Origin: Methylocystis sp.
Lineage (GTDB): Bacteria > Pseudomonadota > Alphaproteobacteria > Rhizobiales > Beijerinckiaceae
NCBI RefSeq assembly: GCF_050251305.1
Contig: NZ_JBFWNB010000001.1
Span: 65,044 to 129,043 of the forward strand
DNA: 64,000 nucleotides
Direction of reading: 5' to 3'
Shown: in pieces, positions 1-10,248 of the stretch
Numbering within the stretch: the first letter of the stretch is position 1
Layout: the number at the start of each line of letters is the position of its first letter
The notes under the pieces: generated by a model
Seen by the model: only the letters and a program-made list of their open reading frames with translations
What the model was told of the DNA's origin: nothing
The model's database searches: none
Position numbers and translations under genes: made by a program

Positions 1-1969
1 CGGAATTGACTTCCCGTGCGCCGGTGACGTCAGTCTTGAAGAAGGCGGCTGTCGCGAGAAGATGCCTGTCGAACAGCTCCCATTTAAGGCCAACCTCCGC
101 CGCCTTATTGATCTGCGGCGGGAAGATCTGAGCCGCCGTATTCAGGCCGCCGTAGTTCGCCGCGCCGCCGTCGAGCTCCGCGCCGACGGGCGTCGCCGAG
201 GTGGCGTAGGCGGCGTAGGCGCTGACATTCGGCAGCGGTTTGAAGACGACGCCGGCGTTCCAGTTGAAGAGGCCGGAATGATTTGAGGCGAACGTCGAGA
301 GCGTCTCGGTGCGGCTGGTAATGTTGTAATCATCAAAGCGCGCGCCGCCGTTGACGAGCACGACGTCCTGATAGTTCGCGGTCTCGATCAAATAACCGGA
401 TTTGGTGTCAACGGCGATTCGTGTCGGATTCGGATTGCGATAGGGCGTGTTCGGAAACGGCAGATAGGTGCACGGCAGATATATGTTGCAGGTGATGGAG
501 TTGCCGACAAAAGGCGTGCTGCCGTTCAACTCGGACGTGAGCCCCTGATAATTGGCGCGCGTCACGCCTTCCCGCGCGAATTCGACGCCGGCGACAAGCG
601 CGTGTTTGACAGGTCCGGTCTCGACTTTGAGCGTCGCTTCCGTCTGGTTGTCCAGCGTGTTCACCACCTGATAGCGGCTTTGCGCGCCAATTCTGACGGT
701 GCCCGCAAAGAGGTCGCCGCCTTGCGCCAACGAACCGATGTAATCCAGAACCGAGCGGCTCTGCCGGAACCGATTGTCGAAGACGAGATTGTCGTTGTAG
801 CGATAGTGGGCGGTGAAGGTGCCGAAATTCTGCAGCGCGACCTGGAAGTCGCGGTTGACGAAACCATACCAGGTGTAGCGAGGCGTGACGCCTTCCGGGA
901 ACGGCCGATTCCAGATGCGGTTATATGGCACGCCGAAGTCCGGGAGGCCGTTTTGATAGACGTGCGTATACTGACCGGTGAGCGTCAGATCCGGGAGCGG
1001 CTTGAACACCACCGAACCGGCGACGCCGTCGCGATAGTCGGTGATAAAGCTGCGGCCCGCGACATTCGAGTCGTGATAGAGCGCATTGACGCGCACCGCC
1101 AGGATCGGACTGATCGACTTATTGACGTCGAGCGTCACGCGCTTCATGTGGTCAGAAAATCCGCCGATCGCTTTCAAATCATAGAAATCGCGGTCGGTCG
1201 CCTGTTTCGTGACGATGTTGATCGCGCCGCCCGCCGTTCCGCGGCCGGCGAAGCTTGATCCCGGCCCGCGCAGAATTTCGACCTGCTCGGTATAGAAGTT
1301 CTCGCGAATGCTGACGCCGGGATCGCGAACGCCATCGACGAAAATATCGTTGCGAACGTCGAAGCCGCGAATGAAGAAGCGATCGCCAAAGGCGTTGCCG
1401 CCTTCGCCGGTGCCCAGCGTCACGCCCGCCACGCTGCGGCCGATATCGCGCAGGGTGAAGGCGTTCTTGTCGTCGAGCACTTCCTTGGTCAACACCGTGA
1501 TCGTGCGCGGCGTATTGAGCACAGGCTCGGTGAATTTCGTCGAAGACAGGCGGTCGACCTTATAAGGCGCGACCGGATCCGCATAAGGATTGGCGTTCGG
1601 CGCCGTGGCCAGGATCGGCAGGCCGCCGGTTCCCGCGCCCTGCCCGCCGCCGCCGGAAGCGCCCGGAGCGCCGCGATGCTGTCCCGCGGCATGCGTGGCG
1701 GCGGGCGCATGATGCGCCGGACGCGACGGAGCGGCGGCGATGGGTTTTGGCTTCACCGGCGTCGCCGCCCGAGGCTTCTCCTTCGGCGCGTCGACCTTGA
1801 CCGGCGGAAGCGTGGTCGAAGCCGATTGCGCGAGCGCCGAGGCGCTGACGCTCGACGCGAGCGCCGCGGCGACGCTGAGCGCCTTTACCGACGTCAGATC
1901 CCCCGCGCGAGTCCGTGGCAGCGACCGGGACAATTTTCTAAGAGAGATGGGAGATTTTACGTCGCTCAT
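1..1969 (-). CDS. TonB-dependent receptor, Fiu/catecholate-siderophore-like (3' end runs off the window)
   Basis: Hand translation from ATG at 1969: MSDVKSPISL...ALAQSASTTLPPVKVDAP, plug motifs 'TPRTITVLTKEVLDD', 'FFIRGFD', 'EQVEILRGPGSSFAGRGTAGGAINIVTK', then beta-barrel strands. Open to the window edge, so absent from the ORF track. Confidence 0.93.
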   Translation of the reverse strand, partial: MSDVKSPISLRKLSRSLPRTRAGDLTSVKALSVAAALASSVSASALAQSASTTLPPVKVDAPKEKPRAATPVKPKPIAAAPSRPAHHAPAATHAAGQHRGAPGASGGGGQGAGTGGLPILATAPNANPYADPVAPYKVDRLSSTKFTEPVLNTPRTITVLTKEVLDDKNAFTLRDIGRSVAGVTLGTGEGGNAFGDRFFIRGFDVRNDIFVDGVRDPGVSIRENFYTEQVEILRGPGSSFAGRGTAGGAINIVTKQATDRDFYDLKAIGGFSDHMKRVTLDVNKSISPILAVRVNALYHDSNVAGRSFITDYRDGVAGSVVFKPLPDLTLTGQYTHVYQNGLPDFGVPYNRIWNRPFPEGVTPRYTWYGFVNRDFQVALQNFGTFTAHYRYNDNLVFDNRFRQSRSVLDYIGSLAQGGDLFAGTVRIGAQSRYQVVNTLDNQTEATLKVETGPVKHALVAGVEFAREGVTRANYQGLTSELNGSTPFVGNSITCNIYLPCTYLPFPNTPYRNPNPTRIAVDTKSGYLIETANYQDVVLVNGGARFDDYNITSRTETLSTFASNHSGLFNWNAGVVFKPLPNVSAYAAYATSATPVGAELDGGAANYGGLNTAAQIFPPQINKAAEVGLKWELFDRHLLATAAFFKTDVTGAREVNS

Positions 1970-2090
1970 CGGGAACCGCCAGGGAGGGTCGTGCGTTGTC
2001 TTACTTCGCGCTTGCGAAGAGTTGACTGAAGCTAAATTTGGCGATGGCGGCGGTCAATCGAGGAAATAGCTGAATGGAAGTATTGTAATC

Positions 2091-2106
2091 TGTATAGTTT
2101 CAGACA
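2091..2106. promoter_or_regulatory. Candidate NifA upstream activator sequence (TGT-N10-ACA)
   Basis: TGT-ATAGTTTCAG-ACA in an AT-rich intergenic region, about 340 bp upstream of the -24/-12 promoter at 2448. The motif is short and the distance is longer than typical. Confidence 0.45.
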
Positions 2107-2153
2107 GATATGTTGTAATTTTGGATGATTGTTACTTTTATGTCACAACAGCT

Positions 2154-2180
2154 AGTTTGGAAACGTTTTAATTCCAAAGT
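2154..2180. promoter_or_regulatory. Irr box (ICE)-like site upstream of the TonB receptor
   Basis: AGTTTGGAA-acgttttaa-TTCCAAAGT: two ICE half-sites (consensus TTTRGAA-N3-TTCYAAA) with a 9 bp spacer. Shares CTAGTTTGGAAA with the boxes upstream of bfd. Confidence 0.45.
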
Positions 2181-2447
2181 AAGCAGTTTATCCGCGATTA
2201 CGAAGGGCATCGACACGCGCTTCGCTCGGCGCAGGAAGAAAATGCCCGCCTCCTAGATTTTCCTTAGAGATCTTCGCCCAGGCGCGCTGAACGCGTCGAG
2301 GCGCGCTGAGCGCGGCCGGGGACGCCCATGCTCATGCTGCAGCGCAAAAACGGACAGCCCTCAAAAGGAGATTTTGGGTCGAGGCGACCGCCTCAACCGC
2401 TTCGGGCGGCCTGCCGGCGCGCGCTCCACGGGTTCTTGGCCCAAAAA

Positions 2448-2463
2448 CGGCACGCGCCTTGCT
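2448..2463 (+). promoter_or_regulatory. sigma54 (-24/-12) promoter
   Basis: CGGCAC-GCGCC-TTGCT with correct GG-N10-GC spacing, 35 bp before the GTG at 2499. Confidence 0.75.
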
Positions 2464-2498
2464 TGGTTTGACCTTCCGTCAACGTAAGCGAGGCTTCC

Positions 2499-2927
2499 GT
2501 GCAACGCGTCTTGGAGACGGCAGAAGTCGTTGAAAGTAAGCGAGTTTTCGTCGTCGATGGCAGTGATGAAGCGCCTGCGGCGATCGAACGTATGCTTTGC
2601 GACACCTATGAGGCGCATAAGTTGGAGAGCGCAACCGGCGCGCTCAAAAAGGTCAAACAGGTGCAGCCGGACCTCCTGGTCCTCGCCGAAGGCGTTATTC
2701 GCACGAATGGCGTGGATCTTATCCAGGAATTTCTGGCGCGTATTCCCGAAGCCAAAATTCTGGTCATCGTTGATCAGATTTCTAGCGGTTTTGGCCAGCA
2801 TTGCGTCGCGGCCGGCGCGCACGGCTTTCTTGCGATGCCGATGCAAGCGGAACGCCTTCGCGACAAGGTCAGCGCATTGCTGAGGGCGAAGACCTATGAC
2901 CGTCAGCGGGCGCGGCGCAGAAGGTAA
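2499..2927 (+). CDS. Single-domain atypical (pseudo-)receiver protein
   Basis: CheY-like pattern (VFVVDG...QPDLLVLAE...AKILVI...GAHGFLAMP), with the phosphoacceptor Asp position as Ala and the conserved Lys as Met. Confidence 0.8.
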   Translation: MQRVLETAEVVESKRVFVVDGSDEAPAAIERMLCDTYEAHKLESATGALKKVKQVQPDLLVLAEGVIRTNGVDLIQEFLARIPEAKILVIVDQISSGFGQHCVAAGAHGFLAMPMQAERLRDKVSALLRAKTYDRQRARRRR

Positions 2928-2954
2928 TCGCTGTTCATTTCAGGAGAGGACGCT

Positions 2955-3380
2955 ATGGAGCCTACGATTGCGCCGATCGAGGATGCGGCTGAACGCGCGA
3001 AGCTGGAGGTCGCGATCAATGATTGCGTGCGCCGGTTTTACGCCAAGGGCGCCGAAGACCCGCTCTTGGGGCCGATATTTACGGCGATACCCGGCCTGGA
3101 CGAGCATATGGGGATCGTCGCGAATTTCTGGTCGCGGACGCTGCTCGGCACGGACCGTTACCAGGGTCATCCCTTCGCCGCACACATCAATTTGCCGATT
3201 GAGCCCGCCCATTTTACGCGCTGGCTCGAACTGTTTCGCGAAACCGCCAGTGAAACTTTGCCGGAGACGCAGGCCGAGCAGGCGATCGCCAAAGCCGCCC
3301 ACATGACCCAATGTTTCCAGTCGGGCCTTTTTCCCTTCACCGGGGCCGACGGAAAGCCGTCGCGCGTTCCTGCACAGTAG
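2955..3380 (+). CDS. Group III truncated hemoglobin (trHbP-like)
   Basis: RRFY (B10 Tyr), DPLLGPIF, DEH (E7 His), NFW, HPFAAH (F8 His), HFTRWLELF (G8 Trp). Confidence 0.9.
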   Translation: MEPTIAPIEDAAERAKLEVAINDCVRRFYAKGAEDPLLGPIFTAIPGLDEHMGIVANFWSRTLLGTDRYQGHPFAAHINLPIEPAHFTRWLELFRETASETLPETQAEQAIAKAAHMTQCFQSGLFPFTGADGKPSRVPAQ

Positions 3381-3403
3381 CTTCCATCGGCCGCCTGCGG
3401 CCG

Positions 3404-3610
3404 CTAGTCGACGGCGATCATGACGTCCGACGACTTGATGACGGCGTTCACCTTGGCCCCCTCGCGGAGCCCGAGTTCGTCGACGGATTCGTTGGTGATC
3501 GCGGCTGTGACCGTCAATCCGTTGACGTCGATCGTCACATGCGCCGTGGTCGCGCCCTTCTGGATATGCTTGACCGTTCCGGGAAGGCAATTGCGCGCGG
3601 AAATCTTCAT
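3404..3610 (-). CDS. mop: Molybdate-binding Mop/molbindin (TOBE) protein
   Basis: MKISARNCLPGTVKHI...AAITNESVDELGLREGAKVNAVIKSSDVM; start reassigned to the ATG at 3610. Confidence 0.93.
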   Translation of the reverse strand: MKISARNCLPGTVKHIQKGATTAHVTIDVNGLTVTAAITNESVDELGLREGAKVNAVIKSSDVMIAVD

Positions 3611-4378
3611 GCCGTCGGCTCCTAAGAGTTGGTGTCGGTTATGCCTCCCCACCCGACGACGCCAGACGTCCTGCGGCGGCGGCGCAATCGCCGCGCCGCC
3701 CGCTTTCCTTCGATGAAATGGGACTGCACGATCCCGCCTATATCACCCGCGACGGGCGGCGCATACCAATAGGCCTTCCGCAAAACGACCAAGATTTGCC
3801 CAGACTGACGAAACTCCGGGCAATCGCGAACTCCCCGTCAAATCCGGCCTTTGCCGCGCGTCAGCCGCAACAGCATTGAACCCGGATCGCCGGCGACCCG
3901 ACGCGCGACCACGCGGATCGCGCGGGTCGGCGTCTCGCAGCGTCGACGAACTCCAGTCGGCTCCGGCGTCCGCGAGAAGGTCGAACGTGAATTTGCGTGG
4001 CTCTCTTGTTCGGAGCTTGCGGACGAACGCCCGGGTCGCGATCAAATTTGAAGTTAGGAAGCGCGCTGGGAGAATTGCGCGCGACAACCGCGCCGCGGCG
4101 GCGAAATGCCGCATAAGACACTGAAACGCCTGTAATTCAGCCCTCGGCTTGCTATGTTGTGCATGGCGCTGGCGCAGCGCGGGCCGTCGCGGGCGTCGTC
4201 GGAGAGCGCCTTTTGGATTTCAGCCAAAGCTCGGCTATCGCGCGCCGCCATTCGACCGGGCGGCGGCGCCGGAGGAGACGGCAGAAGGCGCAAGAACTGA
4301 TCAAGGACACGCGTCAACGGCAATGTCGTTTAAGCCGTAGACCTTTGTTTTTATGGCATCAACGACTTAAGGACCGCA

Positions 4379-4394
4379 TGGCACAATGCTTGCG
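4379..4394 (+). promoter_or_regulatory. sigma54 (-24/-12) promoter of nifA
   Basis: TGGCAC-AATGC-TTGCG, near-consensus. The ORF-track ATG at 4386 lies inside it, so the real start is downstream. Confidence 0.8.
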
Positions 4395-4439
4395 TCAAAA
4401 AATTCGAAAACACCCACGCATGTCGTGAGGCTAAAACGT

Positions 4440-6182
<1,743 letters not shown>

Positions 6183-6281
6183 ACTTCGCGTCAGCGGCTG
6201 GATTCCCCAGGAGGAATGGACACAAGGGGCGCACAAGGCCTGAGCCTTGGCGCGCGCCCTGGACGCGACTGCGCCGCCTTC

Positions 6282-6803
6282 TCAGCACTCGCCCGCGTCG
6301 ATTGAAACGTCTGCGATCGTTTCGCCCTTATTGTCCTTCAGAGAATATCTGATGATCGTGCCGCTGGTGCGATGCTGCGGCATTGTCAGACACACGCGCT
6401 CCTGCAGCTGGGCCTTCAATTCGGTGAGCTTCTTTTCGTTGCCGACGAGGGTTCGAGCCGCCTCGTCGTCGACGACCGTATAGCTGTAATTGAAGATATT
6501 GCCCGGCCCCGCCGTCGTCTTGTCCAGGCGAACGCCGTCACTCACCATTTCGGGAAGCGTCGCATTCACTTCCGCCGCTTCCTGCTCCAATGTCAGCGAC
6601 AGCGGCGCCAGATCCTCATCGTCGGAAAGGCTCTCCCGATATTGCCTGGCGAATAGGAACGCCGCCACCACGACGGCTACCGCCGCGGCCGCTTCCAGAA
6701 TATCCGTCCAAGACTTCTTGTCCCCCTCGTCCCTCACAGCCTGCCTCGCTTTGAACCTCCGGCGATTTTGTCTCGTCGAAGCGCCTTTCGCAAGGCGGCC
6801 CAA
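6282..6803 (-). CDS. Membrane-anchored protein with a GspS-beta/AspS pilotin-like domain
   Basis: One TM helix, then 'VNATLPEMVSDGVRLD...NYSYT...RVC...IRYSLKDNKG...IDAGEC', resembling the AspS/PA3611 pattern with two Cys (pattern recognition only). Confidence 0.5.
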   Translation of the reverse strand: MGRLAKGASTRQNRRRFKARQAVRDEGDKKSWTDILEAAAAVAVVVAAFLFARQYRESLSDDEDLAPLSLTLEQEAAEVNATLPEMVSDGVRLDKTTAGPGNIFNYSYTVVDDEAARTLVGNEKKLTELKAQLQERVCLTMPQHRTSGTIIRYSLKDNKGETIADVSIDAGEC

Positions 6804-6805
6804 AG

Positions 6806-7075
6806 TCAGCGCACTTTGAACTCGCCATTCGTGAGCTTCATCTCGGCGGGCTTAATGAGGTTCGAATGCGCGACAATGACGGAATGGAGCGGACCGTCGA
6901 GACTGCGCATCCAGAAATCGAGGAATTTGCGAAGCTCCGGAAAATCTGGATGGAGATCGTATTCCTGCCAGACGTATGACTGGATGATCTTGGGGTAGTC
7001 CGGCAGGCGATAAAGAATATTTGCCGTCGTCAGGCCATAGCCTTCGAGCTGCAGACGGAAGCCGCTTGACGCCAT
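6806..7075 (-). CDS. usg: Usg family protein
   Basis: GYGLTTANILYRLPDYPKIIQSYVWQEYDLHPDFPELRKFLDFW...LDGPLHSV; GAGGAG RBS fits the ATG at 7075. Confidence 0.88.
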   Translation of the reverse strand: MASSGFRLQLEGYGLTTANILYRLPDYPKIIQSYVWQEYDLHPDFPELRKFLDFWMRSLDGPLHSVIVAHSNLIKPAEMKLTNGEFKVR

Positions 7076-7240
7076 GCCCATCTCCTCGCGCTTCGATTTG
7101 CTCCAGATTAGAAGCAAATTTTTCGAGAGCAAGCGCCTTGGAAGATAAAGGCTTTCAAAAACAAAGTGCTAGCAACATGGATGGGCGAGTGACAAGCCTC
7201 TGAGGCGTTCCGCCGCCGGACGCAGGTCGATCAGAACATG

Positions 7241-7275
7241 AAAAGCGGCGCCGCCATGTTGACGGCGCCGGCTTC
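7241..7275 (-). terminator. Probable intrinsic terminator after pqqA
   Basis: CGGCGCCG-N9-CGGCGCCG stem; the AAAA at 7241-7244 gives a short U tract on the minus strand. Confidence 0.5.
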
Positions 7276-7365
7276 CGCGCACCGGATTTCTCGCGCGATT
7301 CCGCTGCGCCTCGGTTCTCGACGATGCGCACTCAACGCCGAGTTGGCGCCGCCGAGAAAATCAGG

Positions 7366-7443
7366 TCAGATCTCAGCAGATTCGTAGCTGGTGATTTCCA
7401 TACCGACGCAGATTTCGACGATTGTGGGTTGCGTCCAAGCCAT
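7366..7443 (-). CDS. pqqA: PQQ precursor peptide PqqA (25 aa)
   Basis: Hand translation MAWTQPTIVEICVGMEITSYESAEI*, with the E-x3-Y motif (EITSY) and a GGAGGAG RBS. Below the ORF-track length cut-off. Confidence 0.95.
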   Translation of the reverse strand: MAWTQPTIVEICVGMEITSYESAEI

Positions 7444-7586
7444 GACGTTGCTCCTCCAATTTGCATCCGCCGACAGAGCGGCTTCGATTGAGCATATTCA
7501 GCGATCCGCAGCCTTTCACCTTCAAACTTTCGTCATTTGGCCTTCCGAAATTTCCCGACGTCGACGAGCGCCCGGAGGTCGCCGAC

Positions 7587-8969
7587 TCACTCGCCAAAGT
7601 CACGCAGCGGAATTGACGCGACGATCCGCGTGCCGCCGGACGTCGGCCGTTCGATGCGTTGCGCCCCGCCGAGCGCGCGCACGCGCTCGCTCATGCCGAG
7701 CAGCCCCATGCCTGGCGCAAAAGACTCAGGAATTCCGACGCCATTGTCCTCGATCGTGATCTCGAGTTGCGGCGGCGTTTCGGAATCCTGCTCATGCGCG
7801 CCGGCGTCCAGACCGAATTCCAGCGTGACCGCGCCCCTCGTCGCGCCGGAATGCCGAAAGATGTTGGTGACGCCCTCCTGCACGACGCGATAGGCGGCGA
7901 GCGCGGTCTCCTCGTCGAGCGAAGACAGGTCGTGGCGGACGACGAGACGCAAATCGACCTCGGGATGAGTCAACGCCCAGGACGCGAAGAGAGCCTTGAG
8001 CGCCGACTCCAGACCAAGCTCTTCGAGGCCCTTTGGCCTCAACCGGCCAAGCAGATCTCTAAAGAGCGACTGCAGCGACTCGCTCGCCTTGTCGATCGTT
8101 GCGCTCAACTGCCTCAGTTGGCCGATGTCGGCCGACGGATGCGACAAAAGCTCCTGGAGCGCCGCCGACGTGGCGCGTATGGAAAACAGACAGGGCCCCG
8201 CCTCATCATGCAGATCGCGCGCGATCTCCTTGCGTTCGTCCTCTTGCACCTGAATCAGCCTGTCGACGAGTTTGCGATTTTCCTGCTTGACGCGATCGAG
8301 CGTGGCGCCGAGCGAATTCAGCGCGGCCGCGATCGATCTGAATTCCGTCGCCCCGACGGGCGAGAGACGCACGCCGCTCTCTCCCGCCTCCAATTGCGCA
8401 AGGCCGGACTTCAACGCATCAAAAGGCGCAAGCGAGTGGCGCAGAAACAGAAGCACCAGAGTCAGGAAGACGATCGTGACCGCGAGGCTGATGGCCGCAA
8501 GCCACACCATGTCCGACCAGATCTCGCCGAGTTCATCGAAGGGGTTCGAGATCACCACAATATTGCTGTAAGCGCGGCCGCCGATAATGACGGGGATCGT
8601 CATCACCCTCGGCGCGGCGCCGACCAGCCTCACAAACCATTCCGGAACGTCGCGATCGGAATGACGGATCTTTTCCAGCCAGTCTCTGGGCGCGGTTTCA
8701 TTCGGAGCAAGGATCTCCACATCCGCATGGCGCAGGTTGCCCAGAGAGGCATAGAGACGCCGCAGAGAAGGACTGGGATCTTCGTTTTGGGGAAGATTGG
8801 CTATCGTCGCCAGGACAACTTCCCGCATCAATCTGAGATTGCTTCCCGCTTCCGCGCGCACGCGCGGACCGGCGTGAAGAAGCTGAATCGCAAGATTGCT
8901 CAGCAATGTCGCGACAAGCACGACGCCGATCAACCCGCCCAAGCTCGCTTTAAGCGAAAAACCGCGCAT
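7587..8969 (-). CDS. Methanol-oxidation sensor histidine kinase (MxaY/MxcQ/MxbD family; HAMP + HisKA_3)
   Basis: Two TM segments, HAMP, 'ERKEIARDLHDEAGP' H-box, 'IEDNGVG...GMGLLGMSERV' ATPase; adjacent to the mxa cluster. Confidence 0.85.
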   Translation of the reverse strand: MRGFSLKASLGGLIGVVLVATLLSNLAIQLLHAGPRVRAEAGSNLRLMREVVLATIANLPQNEDPSPSLRRLYASLGNLRHADVEILAPNETAPRDWLEKIRHSDRDVPEWFVRLVGAAPRVMTIPVIIGGRAYSNIVVISNPFDELGEIWSDMVWLAAISLAVTIVFLTLVLLFLRHSLAPFDALKSGLAQLEAGESGVRLSPVGATEFRSIAAALNSLGATLDRVKQENRKLVDRLIQVQEDERKEIARDLHDEAGPCLFSIRATSAALQELLSHPSADIGQLRQLSATIDKASESLQSLFRDLLGRLRPKGLEELGLESALKALFASWALTHPEVDLRLVVRHDLSSLDEETALAAYRVVQEGVTNIFRHSGATRGAVTLEFGLDAGAHEQDSETPPQLEITIEDNGVGIPESFAPGMGLLGMSERVRALGGAQRIERPTSGGTRIVASIPLRDFGE

Positions 8970-9084
8970 GATGAGCGCCCTTGTTCGCCGTGCAACGCTT
9001 TACCGTTGACGTTTCGCACGCATTCGATGACAAGACGAATGGTTCGCACAACATAAGTTCTAGCTCTCAAACAAGCGAAAAAGG

Positions 9085-9717
9085 ATGCGCGTTCTTATCG
9101 TCGACGACCACCCTATGGTGATCGAGGGCTGCCGCGGCATGCTGTCGGGACAAAAGGACATCGAGGTGCTCGAGGCGCGCAACGCCGACGAAGCTCTCGA
9201 AGCCTGTGCGTCAGTCATGCCCGATGTCGTGGTGCTCGACATCAATCTGCCCGGCGTCTCGGGCTTCGAACTGCTGCGCCGGATCCTGAAGCGGGACGCG
9301 AACGCCAGGATCATCGTCTTCACAATGAATGACGACCCGGTCTTCGCGGCGCGCGCGATCGAGGGCGGCGCACGCGGCTATGTCGCGAAAAGCGAGGATC
9401 CGCGGATCTTCATCAAGGCGATCCGGGCGGTGGCGGCGGGCGAGCGCTACCTTTCGAACACGCTCGCGTTGAAGCTCGCTTTCGCGGACCAGGCCCGCGC
9501 GAGCAATCCTCTCGACGCGCTGAACGGCCGCGAGATCGAGATCCTGCGCAACCTCGCCGACGGCAAGGACATGACGGAGATCGCGCATATCCTCAAAGTC
9601 TCCTACAAGACCGTCGCCAACAATTGCATTCTCCTGATACGCAAGCTCGGGGCGCGATCGAAGGCGGATTTGTTGCGTATCGCCGTCGAGAACAAGGTCG
9701 CGATGAAGCTCGTCTAG
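9085..9717 (+). CDS. mxaB: NarL/LuxR-family response regulator, MxaB-like
   Basis: REC domain (VDDH...VVVLDINLP...KS) plus LuxR HTH; convergent with mxaH and divergent from the kinase. Confidence 0.78.
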   Translation: MRVLIVDDHPMVIEGCRGMLSGQKDIEVLEARNADEALEACASVMPDVVVLDINLPGVSGFELLRRILKRDANARIIVFTMNDDPVFAARAIEGGARGYVAKSEDPRIFIKAIRAVAAGERYLSNTLALKLAFADQARASNPLDALNGREIEILRNLADGKDMTEIAHILKVSYKTVANNCILLIRKLGARSKADLLRIAVENKVAMKLV

Positions 9718-9723
9718 ACATCG

Positions 9724-10239
9724 CTATCTGAATTGCTTTTGCGTCCGATAGCGCGCGGCGAGCATGCGCAGCGCGTCGTCGCGCGCCGCGCCGCTGTGGC
9801 GCAGATTGTAATAGTGCTGGCATAGCTCGCCATAAGTCTGCTTTTGACCTGCCGCCGCCGCAACCTCGACGAGCGCATTGATCAACTGCGCAAAATCCTC
9901 GGCATGGCCGTCCGCCGCAAGCATCTGCCCGATTTGCGCGGTGCGATTGGCGAGCATGCGGTCGGTTTCCAGAAAATGCGCGCGCGCCGACAGCAAGGCT
10001 GAGCGGATGCGCTCCACCGCGGCGTCGCGCTCGTGAACCGCAGCGCCGGCCTCGCGCTGCGCGAGCCAGAGCGCAGGCTCCGTGTGATCGGTCGCCCGCA
10101 ACCAGACGTCAGCCTTGTTGCGCGCGTCGACCTCGATCGCGTCATCCTGTTCGGCGCTGCGCCGCTCCTCGCCGCAAGAGGCGACGAGCGCGCAGACGCC
10201 TGCAAGGATGACCGCCGTTCGAAGGCGTCCAGAACGCAT
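9724..10239 (-). CDS. mxaH: MxaH-like protein
   Basis: Lipoprotein-like signal (LVASC), 'ETDRMLANRTAQ', 'YGELCQHYYNLR'; position after mxaD. Confidence 0.7.
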   Translation of the reverse strand: MRSGRLRTAVILAGVCALVASCGEERRSAEQDDAIEVDARNKADVWLRATDHTEPALWLAQREAGAAVHERDAAVERIRSALLSARAHFLETDRMLANRTAQIGQMLAADGHAEDFAQLINALVEVAAAAGQKQTYGELCQHYYNLRHSGAARDDALRMLAARYRTQKQFR

Positions 10240-10248
10240 CGCGCACCG

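Noticed and set aside
2280-2314. Direct repeat AGGCGCGCTGA twice
   Set aside because: Short, GC-rich and not tied to any feature; probably chance.
3683-3698. Possible minus-strand sigma54 promoter for mop (CGGCGC-N5-TTGCG)
   Set aside because: Spacing fits, but the -24 element is non-consensus and sits in a very GC-rich hairpin where chance matches are likely.
3611-3800. ModE/Mo-box or Moco riboswitch upstream of mop
   Set aside because: Only a partial CGCCTATAT half-site with no inverted partner, and no recognisable riboswitch structure.
3805-3835. Hammerhead-like CTGACGA core in the mop-nifA intergenic region
   Set aside because: No stem II followed by GAAA, and no compatible stems I or III.
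4386-4439. ORF-track N-terminal extensions (nifA 4386, mxaA 14828, mxaS 15523, plcP 42273, mutY 47647, dnaN 55513, sulfatase 36389 and others)
   Set aside because: They overlap promoters or neighbouring genes. Downstream starts fit family length, and several have a clear RBS.
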